A stretch of 33,169 bases of DNA, taken from NCBI GenBank assembly GCA_000320545.1, contig ADNK01002676.1:1-33169 (forward strand). Reading direction: 5' to 3'. The notes under the pieces are model-generated. The model ran no database searches, was not told the DNA's origin, and saw nothing but the letters and a program-made list of their open reading frames with translations. This document shows positions 23,556-33,169 of this stretch, piece after piece; the stretch's first letter is position 1, and each line of letters begins with the position of its first letter. The translations under genes and the position numbers were made by a program. The stretch comes from Bigelowiella natans CCMP2755 (Eukaryota; Protista; Cercozoa).

Positions 23556-26500
23556 CTAAAGGACACCAAAGCCAGGTTCATCCTCTGAAATTGATGAATG
23601 GAAACCGTCTTGCTCGTCCATGCTGTCATCAAAACTGCACTCACTCATGTTGCGAAACAGAATCGTTTTCTGGAGGAATCGTAAACGGCTTCTTCGTTTT
23701 GCCTCAGGCTCAGCCACAAGATTGCTGTCAGTGAATTTGAAGCAGAATTTGGGGTCGGGATCGATGCCTGAGTGGAATCTTGAGAGGACTGAACCCTCTT
23801 CACCCTCGAGGTTCAAAGGTCGGTGTTCTTCCGCATCCGTATCGAATGTCACCTCAAATTGTGCACCCATTGCATGAGCACGTAGTGTTGCCTTTCTTCT
23901 CATTTTCTCGGTGTCAACGACGCGGCCGTTGATTCGAAGGATTTTCCAGCCCTTTTGTATTCCCAATACGACACCGTTTTCAGTTATGCTTATCACCCTT
24001 CCATGCTTATCAACCATACAAGTGGGGACATCAGAGCTCAAAATGCAAGTGACAACTCGGTCTCTCCTTTCAGATGCTGGCTCCACATCTTCCTCAATAT
24101 ACTGCACCTGATTTCCCTGACTTTGGGAAAGACTCAATAGCAGAATGGTCTCAACGGCGAGAATCGTGAAGAAACGGAACGCAGCATCTTGCCCGAAGCA
24201 GTACATCATTGTCTCTGCTGCGATGGATGATTTGTCCCTCAGTGACCACGAAATGATTACTAGAATATATGCACATCCTAAGATGTGGACCATCGCTGCC
24301 ACCATGGCTACGAGGTCCTTGCGGGTCCACTCATGATTCCTCACAAAACATCCGGGCTGGAGACCAAGAAAGGTCATTTGTCTGCTCGGAGCAGTCATCT
24401 TGCGAGAGGAAGAATGCATGGCCATGCTCTGAGATCTAATGAAATTCTTGCAGTCATCCTTTGGAGCCTTCCGACTGTCAGCGCTGAGCCTTTGGTTTGG
24501 CCGAACACCGCTAGATGAAGAGTCCGAATGTTTACCGTTCCCCGCTGTCCAGCCGCCAATTGCTCCCATTGTGGCACCCGCTTGAGCAGTGTTAAAAGCA
24601 GGCGAACCTTCCTTGTCGTCCATCTTTAGATCCTCATCTTCCTCGGCCTTCTCTGCGTTTTTCTCTTCTTGAAGGTCCTCTTCTTGCTGATTTTCACCTT
24701 CTCCCCCTAATGCCCCATCATCTTCTTCATCCTGAAGATTCATGTTTATTGAGTCGACGGAGTCGCCTGCACACACACTGAGGAGTAAAAATAACCACGG
24801 CATAGCAGCAGCAACCCTGGAAGGCGCGAAGTTGACCTGAAACTTCTTTGGGGGTTCCCTTGAGAGTATAGCTGCGATTACAAAGGGAACGGGGAATGAT
24901 ATCAGGCAAGCAACAATAGCTTTTGAGGATCTTCCAGACAAGAATGGGAGTTTGTTAGTTGTCCCTTCGAGCAAAGCGCACACTACTGCGCTGTTCATAA
25001 TGAGTAACAGCAACACAACGAGGCGCTTCTGAGAATTTAAATAGTCTCCCGGGTGCCGGAACCAAATTGATAGCCACGTATGACGTCGTTTAATTGCAAT
25101 CCAGCTGGAGCGTTGCCAGCCATTACAAGTGCTGCGAGCTTCCGTATGGAGGTACTGTGCGGTATTTACTTCTCTCCAAAAATCATCCTCCAAAATCTCG
25201 AAAATGCGACGACTGCCGTCTTCATCTGTAGCTGTTTTATCCGTAGGCCTGCTGCCGCCAAGCTTCGGGTTCTGGTCATAGAACCGCAGGCATGGGAACA
25301 GGGCCAAAGCCACAACAAAGACCACGAGGACAACCGCCATGATCGGATTCTTGGTTGGATCCAATGCCCGAAAATCTGTGACATCCTCCTTTTGAATGGT
25401 GTTGACTTCGAGTCGTATTTCCCTTCCCAATACTGAAAAGGGCGTGAGGTGATTGCTCTGACACATGGGCAGCCCCGTCTCCTCGTCGACTCCGACCATT
25501 TGGACCCCCTCGGTGCTCCAGGTGCTTCCGTTCCAATACGCGCACCAGAACTTCATTGAACTCGAAGTGTAGTTCACATTTTCTACCCGTGGAATCGTGA
25601 ACTTGATAGGGCGGGTTGTGTTTCGTGTGCGCAAGCGACTACCGGTCCGTGCATCACGAACCTCGATGAATGTCGTCCCGCCCAAGATGGAGTTCCTCGA
25701 GCCAGGCGAAGAATAAATGGAGCTACCTTCTACAGAGATTGCAGAAAGCTGGAGAGCCGATTGTGTCCTGTCTCCAGGTGAGGGCTGGAATAGGACAGAA
25801 GAGCCCGTCGAAGGTTGTACAAGCGACGCATTTTCCAAGTCTGAGCCTTGAATCAAACGACCTGTGAGGTGAATCATGGTGGAGCCATCCTGTGCGTTAG
25901 CTGATGTGAGGGTGGACGCGTCTTCGCCAATAACAGTGCTCGCAAGAATGCTCGAGCTGAGATTCGCCAGTGTTTTCTCCACCGTAGCGGATGCTTCTAG
26001 AGGCACACCACCATCTTTGGTACTGAACAACAAATTGGCTATGCCTCTTGATAAAGGAGCGGCGAGTTCCGATTCGTCTTGATTCTTGCTGTAACTATCC
26101 TTAGTCTCACCAGCAGCCACGACGACCTTGCTTATCACGTCAAGCGCGAAGTCAAAAGCATCGGTATTGATCTCCCCACTGCGATTTGCTGCAGTCATCC
26201 GTTCGATGAGTACTGCAGACGTTTGGGGGGGCAAAACTCTAGCGCTTGTCGAGTTCGCGGTTGCATGGCTCACAGTCTCGAGAACTGAGACACGAAGACG
26301 TGTCGCATCGTCTATATCCAACTCTACGGAAGGAGAGTTTATCTGAGCTGCTATGCCACCGGCAAAAACAGCATAATTCTGCATGTCTCCTTCTTGCAAA
26401 CGAGATTCCATAATTTCCTTCGCTGTGGTAAGCCTAGCAGGAGGCAACGGGTCAACACGAGCTTCAAATAGGAACGGACTGTTCGCTCCCAAGAAATCAG

Positions 26501-29500
26501 CTACGAGAGCGCGAATGATGACAGAAGAGGCGCCATATGGGTTTTCAGACAGCACTGTATCATAAAATTCCATCCTTCGAAAATCGCACACACTTAGGTA
26601 TATTGGCAGTTCCCTCTGTCTCGCACCATTTATTGATGAATTTCTGTTGTCATTAGTAACTAAGCTCTCCGCAAATTTAGCCTCAGCTAGAGTGTGAGAA
26701 GAAGTCGCTATCTCAAACTTATATGTAAGGGGAAGATCTTTATCCGTCCATCCATGGCATGCCAGGCGGAAAGAAGTCACAAGCGCGGTACCACTGCTCG
26801 GAGTGCTACTGCAGACGCCTGTGGAAATGAATATCGTAGCATTAGCACCGAAAGAAGTGAAGGCATCCGCTCAATCCACAGACGCAGGGCGAAAAGGAAA
26901 AAACAAATGAAAAGAAAAACGAGAGCCAAGTCTTTTGTACCTAACGATGGTAGTGAGTTCGTCGATATTGTCACGCTTGCCTCTCCCCAAACAGAATTCG
27001 ATCCCGCAGTGAATGGTTTCACCCGTACAGAGAACACAAAATCCGTTCCAGGAAGCAGTGCATATGGTTTGAAAATGAGGTTGCGGTCATTGGTCGATGA
27101 CTTCAAAATGGAAGGGTCGGAGAGATTCAGATTCCCAGAGGTACAAATCCACACTTTAGACAAAGAAGTCTCGTTGAATTCAGCATCGGAAGGCTCGAGA
27201 ACTAAGCGACCAACAAACATGCCTGTCAAATACTTGAAAACTCGCATATAAAGGGTGTGCGAGTACTTTGATTGTGAAGTTAGTGAGTGCATGTGCTCGC
27301 GCATATGTTTGTTGTTGTGTCTTAGCTGGATGCCGAAATCATGAATAATCAAAAATTGCATCGAGATGGGTCTCTAAGTGATAAGATTTTACCTACAGAC
27401 AGCACTAACTTATCCCTGATGTTTACATTCAGCTTCACCGCTGTAAGAATCTCAACCTCCGGAATGCTATCATCTGTGGTTCGGATTCTCTGAAACGTTA
27501 CTGTATGTCTTGGCCTGCTAGCTGCGAGGCTTGTCACATTTAGCTCAAGCAAGTAAGTCACGTTGCTATGAAGGACATCCCTTCGAATATTCAGGGATGC
27601 GGAACTTAAATTGAGGTTTGGCATTGGGATCGACGCCGATGTTTTTAGATCTACGAGCGACCAGTTGAAGCGCAATCCATGCAAAGGATAAGCTGGGTCG
27701 GCCGATCCTTTGGCACTGAAAGTCAGAGGAGACGCTTTCGAGAGTGATACCAGTCGGCTGCTTCCTCCAGAAATAACTGCTTTCACAGGCTCCTCCTCGA
27801 CTATAACCAAAAAAGTGACGTTCGTGGAACCAACAGAGTTGCCATGATGGTCTCTTGTGACTGCTAAGATTTGGAAGGCATATTGGCCGTACATCTCTAA
27901 AACCCGGGGAGGAACGCGAAGGTATGACGAGAACGGATCAGGGATTACAATTTGACTTGGACCTCCAATCTGACTCCATGTGGCAACAGTTCTCAGCATG
28001 TTTTGCGTTCCGTTCGCCGTATCGCATTCGGCCTTTCGAACCTGAGACGAATTTCGTTGGTATGTGAGCAAGCTGCGAAGTCGTTTTAGGGAGGAATTTG
28101 TTTTGAAATACCTGGACTGGAACTTCTAGATGCTGGCTGCGTTTGATAGAGATTCGAGTAGGACCAGGGAGACGAACGACTGGAGTAACCTCTTCTCCTT
28201 TGTGAATGCTATGGACCGCAGAACTTGACATTCCCAGCCAGTTTCTTATGGTGACATTAAAAGTGTGCTTGCTGTCCATTTTGAATTCGGATGTTGGAAC
28301 CACGAGAACGCGGTCATTTGCGGAGGACGTCAAATTGTTAATATTCACGAAGAAACTGTTGTTGTGTGTCACGCTCGAGCCTAAATATGTCCAAGAGTAC
28401 TCAAAGTCCCGACCTGCATTTCCAGACCCAGAGGCGACGAGTTCTACAGTTGGATTGCAAGGTCCAATGGACTCCATCCCGACAATGGACACGGTGACTG
28501 GTGGGGGGGTTTTGGGCGGGGATATGACGAGCTCTGTACGGAATGTGGTCGGCTCATCGCTCCCCGCGCCTTCTCGTCGGATGTACCCTGATTTTACGAC
28601 AACTTTGTCCCGACCTGGAGTTGCGAGAAAGTTCCTTCCAAGATGAATCGAGATGCGTGTATTAGAGGCCCAGTAGCACTGAGGGTACTGGTCACCTTTT
28701 ATGACTCTCAATGTTGCCGCATCAAAGAGCATCGTGCACAGCTCCATCGAGCTTAGTGCTGTCGGTGTATCTGTCGGAACATTAAAGTGAACATCGATCG
28801 TGGAGAGAGAGTCTGCAAATCTGGCTGAAATCGGCATGGGGCCTTCCGTTGTGGGTTGACTCGTGGTTGGATTTTGAGTGGGCGCATGGGTGGTGGGGGA
28901 GGCTGTTATGGGATTCAACGTGGAGGGCGAGGAAGTGGGATTTACGGTGGGACAAATTGTAGGAGAAGCTGTGGCATCTCTGTCATAGATTACAACAAAG
29001 TGCCCATCGTTCCCGTCCACTGAGTTAGATTCCACACCCCAAGCGATGGAATTACCTGGATAGTCAGTATCATTGATAGCTTTGGTCGGGGGAGTTTGCT
29101 GATTCCCTGTGTAAGTTGCCGAGAGGTCAAGCTCACAATGCACGCTACTGACGAACCCTGATCCACCCCCTCCCGGTTGGGCATCTCCGCCGCCTCCTCC
29201 ACCCCCAAAGTACCCATCGCCGCCCCCTCCCCCATCGTCCCCGCCATTTGTGAAGAAAGGTGGTGCCCCCCCATTTCCACCACATAAAAAGCTTCCTTTG
29301 CGATTTGAGTCTTGTGGTCTGTTTTTATCATAGCCTCCAGCCGTTTGGTTTCCGCCCGTGCCGCCGTACCCATAAGCAGACTGGCCAACAGTACCCCCTC
29401 CAGCACCTGCGTTGCCATGATAACCTGATTGAAACAATGTTACATTGAAGGGTTTCCTCCACGACACAATCGCGAGCAGAGATGAATGCTACTCCACCTG

Positions 29501-30192
29501 TGGCCCCGCCTCCGCCGCGTGGGACAGCTATGATGTCTTCGATAGGATCGTTGAAAGGTGTAGAAAGCCGGACTTCTGTACGACCTCCGCCACCACCTGC
29601 GTTAACATCTCCGAGTTTCCCCCACCCCCCCGCAGGCCATCCGGGGGTTTGTGTGTATTTCCCCCCTGTCCCAACTCGAACCTTGAGCTCAAACCCGTTG
29701 AGCTAGATGAGTAAACACAAACACAGCCGCAAAATCAAAGTTGCCCCCCACAAAGCTGAAGCGTTTATCCCACCTTCAATGTATCGTTCGGTTTAAACAC
29801 ACACACGGTGAAACCACCGGCTCCGCTCCACCTGTCCAATCACGTGCAGAATTCGTGTCAAGCAAGGATTTTATGGAATTAGCTGAAGTTTTGTTGAACC
29901 TTCCAGAGCTATATCTGCCGCTCCCACCCGAAGCTCCCCAAAGTTTTAACGTCACACTTGACACTCTTGTGGGGAAGGAAAGTGTAACGTTTGTCCTACA
30001 CAAGGGCACATAGCATGAAGAGAACACCAGAATAATATGAATCTGACACGATGCATACCCTGTTGCATTTATTTGAGCTCGGCATCTTCTTCTGGTACAG
30101 GAAAAAAATGAATCATTGCTCACAGCGGTAGAAAGCCCCATCGAAATTGCCAGTACGACCGCAGCCGTGCATCTCATCCTTGACCGCCCCAT
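23556..30192 (-). CDS. Polycystin-1/REJ-like membrane receptor, ~1999 aa: signal peptide, glycine-rich (ALK/LTK-like) domain, Pro/Thr stalk, REJ, GAIN/GPS, several TM helices, PDZ-like C-terminal domain
   Basis: Exons 30192-30059, 29995-29900, 29831-29774, 29702-29498, 29424-28112, 28041-27393, 27222-26941, 26818-23556 total 6000 nt and are phase-compatible. Glycine-rich motifs KLWGASGG, AGGGGGRTEV and GGGGDGYFGGGGG..GGGGSGFV. PTxxPT repeats. REJ motif GVCSSTPSSGTALVTSFRLACHGWTD. GPS CAYWNGSTWSTEG...CQSNHL/TPFSVL. RRHTWLSIW...SQKRL before TM2. LGIQKGWKILRING. Confidence 0.88.
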
Positions 30193-30430
30193 CAATTAAT
30201 TTCCCTCGGTAAATGGAATGCTAGGGTGAGGGTTAGGTCAATTCATTGTCCCCAGTTCAGTCCAGTTGTGCTCGTATGGTGCCGAGAGGAGAGGTTGATG
30301 TCAGGGCATAGCCCCGAAAGTCGTCACCATTTCTTATGTGCACGTAGCATGTGAGAAAAAAGCAATTATCGCTCCATTCTAGATCTAATACCGGTAACAG
30401 TAACCGGCTGTAAGTTCAAAACGACCTGGA

Positions 30431-30568
30431 TATTTGGCTTGCGACAAGGGTAATGCGACTGTGCTAGGATTTTTGGCTTGCGACAAGGGTACTGCGACTG
30501 TGATTTTTGGCTTGCGACAAGGGTACCGCGACTGTGATCTTTGGCTTGCGACAAGGGTAATGCGACTT
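30431..30568. repeat. Tandem array of four ~34-bp units (TTTGGCTTGCGACAAGGGTAMYGCGACTGTGAT)
   Basis: Four visible copies with small differences (first copy has a 5-bp insertion, last is truncated at the MITE). There are no unique spacers. Confidence 0.9.
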
Positions 30569-30569
30569 A

Positions 30570-31046
30570 GACCCGTTCCACGCAAATACAAACTGACCAA
30601 CCAACTGACCAACCACCTTCGATATCACCTAATTTAATTTATTTTATTTTCGAAGCGCCTTTTTATGAAGACTGACCAACCAAAGTTTGAAAAGTGACCA
30701 GTTTTACAACTTCAAACCGACCAGTCGGAACTGACCAGTGTTGTCATGTTGTTGTCTGGTGCAAAATAAGAAAAAATCCAAAAACAACATGATTTTTCTC
30801 GTTATGTCATCTCACGCACATCATGCTGATGTCAAACCGAACAACATGTGCAAAATATGAGAAAGTCAAAAATTGTATGGCAAAACATAGCAAAATTTTT
30901 GTTGGTCAGATTGGTTGGTCAGTCAGTTTTTTGTATTTGCGTGGAACGAGCAAAAATCCATGAAAATCAACATCCAAAATCACCAAAAAAAAACCAACGC
31001 AGATTGGTTGGTCGGTTGGTCAGTTTGTATTTGCGTGGAACGGGTC
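30570..31046. mobile_element. Non-autonomous DNA transposon (MITE), PIF/Harbinger (Tourist)-like, 477 bp
   Basis: Perfect 33-bp TIRs GACCCGTTCCACGCAAATACAAACTGACCAACC at 30570-30602 and, as reverse complement, at 31014-31046. TTA target duplication at 30567-30569 and 31047-31049 within a C-TTA-G site. Internal TIR-like copy at ~30909-30948 and repeated ACTGACCA(A/G) motifs. No transposase. Confidence 0.85.
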
Positions 31047-31050
31047 TTAG

Positions 31051-31545
31051 CTAGTCTGTCATTCGCCAGTTCAGCCATGCCATTTTGGCAAACCAGCTAG
31101 TTGATTTGCTAGTCACAGTCCTCACTGAAACCAGTTCGAGGCACTGCATTTTGCACACTGCAAGTGTCTTGCAACACTTTGGAAATGTAGTTTTTCATCA
31201 TTGTTTCATTGTTTCATTGTTTCAGCCATGCTAGGATGTGCTTCGCTAGCTGGACATGCTAGCTAGCAAGCATGCAACGCTAGAACACATCTAGACATGC
31301 CAACATGTGCGACGCATGTCCTGCACATGTTCACGATCGATCACATCATTGGGTCATGCGAATCTTGGGAAATTGCGTGCTGCAAAACGCGCGTGTCTAG
31401 GTGTGCTGGACATGGATCTCGCTTGCCCTCGAATCATGTTGCATGCGAAAGCACTGATTGACTGCTCCCACGCTGCATGTGAAAGTCTCAGTGCTGTGGT
31501 CTCCGGCACGTGCAACAAGCAACGTGATGATGCAAATTGATCACG
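31051..31545. other. TpA-purged, CTAG-enriched block next to the MITE
   Basis: 10 CTAG plus a single GTAG (31187) are the only TA dinucleotides in 495 bp. Confidence 0.8.
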
Positions 31546-32216
31546 TAACGTGTCTGTTCTGCAGAATTCAACCGCGTATGTTCGTGCTGCTGCACAGCTA
31601 ATTATGCTAGACAGGAAGCACGCGGATGTTTCGAAATGCACACGCCGAATCAAACAGCACATGCAATGGACGTCAGACATAAAATATGAATGATAGCGCA
31701 CGTAACTGGGAAGCAATGATGAAGAATGAAGTATGCGAAATCAGGAAGGAGGTGCTTTATCAATGACAAATGCTACATGCTTTACACGATGTAAACTAAT
31801 TACAATTCCCCAGCTAATCGCGCCCTTTTGCGAGCAAGGTACCTGAATCGTATGTTCAAATAATGTGTACACGTTCTAGTGACATCAACAAATGCATTTA
31901 CTATTCACCTCGCCTTTGCATCGCTGACTGCGGAATCCTGCGTTCTACGTTTGTAGCGATCCTTTGCCTGAGAAACAAAACCCACGATTAGAAATGGGAA
32001 AAGCACCAAAACACATCCTTCCAGCGTCTAAATTTTATGAGAGAACATACGCACAAAAAAGTCGAATGTCATTGTCTCCCCCCGGACAGAGATATTCAGA
32101 TTACACATCAGAACTACCGCCATTGTGATGTTTATCCATGGCTTCATTCTTGTTGAAATCATCGAGAAGTATGAACAAGATAGCGCCATTATAACGTGGA
32201 CGTTGTCACTGCCATA

Positions 32217-32638
32217 CTAGAGAAAATCCTTGACCTTTTCAGCTAGCTCTTTCTTCCTTTGAAGCTCAGTCTTCGGGGCCTATTTTCCCAATTGCGCATA
32301 TATAAAAATAACGTATCATGGTGAGGGTGGCGGGTAAAAAGCGTGTCCAAGTAATGTTTGAAAGCAGCAGCAGCAGGTGCTTATGCCGTGATGCATCATG
32401 CAGCAGAGAGCTCAATAGGAAGACAACTAGACCTTGGATTTCTGCCCACCGTTGGTTTTCTGAGCAGAAACATAAAGGAGATATTAGCTGCTGCCGCCAT
32501 CATCATATCGAGCCAAAATCAGCTCGATCTGACAATTTAAAGAAAGACCTTTTGGAGAGCCGCGAGAGAGCATCCTGCCAGCATCTCGTCGTTGCAATTC
32601 TGAAGTATACAACCAGCACACACACACATACACACACA

Positions 32639-32692
<54 letters not shown>

Positions 32693-32837
32693 AAGAACGA
32701 GAGGGGATCGTAAAAGATTTTATGACTGAAACCATGGTGTTGGCAGTTTGTTAAATGTGACTTACATGGAGTTTCGGAAGGAGCTTTTTCACCCATGAAT
32801 ACCTATAATTAGTAGGCCAGGTTGGCAATGCGATACG

Positions 32838-32909
<72 letters not shown>

Positions 32910-33093
32910 TTGAATCCCCGTTATTTTCAATACAGTTGAACTCCACAAACGGTATATTATGGAGTAACACCCCCCCCCCTTCTCTCCCTTCCCCCCCCCC
33001 CTCCTCTCACCTACCCATATACACATGCACACACGGCCCTGCTTACTGTATTGCCGAGGCCACACTGATGAAAGCCTTTGATGTGAAAGTACT
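32217..33093 (-). CDS. 3' exons of an unknown multi-exon gene that continues beyond the window
   Basis: Phase-compatible GT-AG exons 33093-33047, ~32802-32766, ~32599-32549, ~32459-32433 and ~32279-32217 give STFTSKAFISVASAIQYSWVKKLLPKLHNCNDEMLAGCSLAALQKKTNGGQKSKAPKTELQRKKELAEKVKDFL*. Confidence 0.65.
32840..32905. repeat. (CT)n(GT)n microsatellite, intronic
   Basis: Directly visible. Confidence 0.9.
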
Positions 33094-33169
33094 CTAATAC
33101 GTGCGATACGAGAGAAGCAGGGGGAAAAGAGATGATAAACAATCAGCAAAACAACATGGTTGCGCTGAG

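Noticed and set aside
25080-28646. Plus-strand ORFs of 100-185 aa inside the receptor gene
   Set aside because: Antisense shadows of the long minus-strand exons
30431-30568. CRISPR-like array
   Set aside because: Units are head-to-tail with no unique spacers, there are no cas genes, and the context is eukaryotic.
32217-32234. 18-nt GT...AG 'tiny intron' like nucleomorph introns (similar 19-nt case near 7802-7820)
   Set aside because: Reading through gives a normal C-terminus (KVKDFL*), and the other case reads through in frame. No tiny intron is needed.

Overview
Eukaryotic nuclear DNA, probably from a protist; the gene style loosely recalls a chlorarachniophyte/rhizarian alga, which is inference only. 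The evidence is GT-AG spliceosomal introns and dense (TA)n/(CA)n/(GA)n microsatellites. Recognisable genes: an intronless PSTAIRE cyclin-dependent kinase, a class II aldolase with a LisH-like N-terminal extension, a 5-exon PEX11, a secreted class 3 lipase, and an 8-exon ~2000-aa polycystin-like receptor (glycine-rich, PT stalk, REJ, GPS, TM, PDZ-like). There is also a multi-exon protein with a ~140-aa internal repeat, two partial unknown genes at the window edges, and a PIF/Harbinger-type MITE next to a 34-bp tandem array. The most striking signal is non-genic. Several intergenic blocks have lost nearly all TpA dinucleotides except those inside CTAG: 15976-17554 has no other TpA in ~1.58 kb, 31051-31545 has one, and 22442-23555 is patchy. 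TG/CA/CG are plentiful there. This suggests a targeted, both-strand, context-dependent A-to-G (TpA to TpG/CpA) hypermutation process, a mirror image of fungal RIP. All counts and gene models were made by eye and need computational confirmation.
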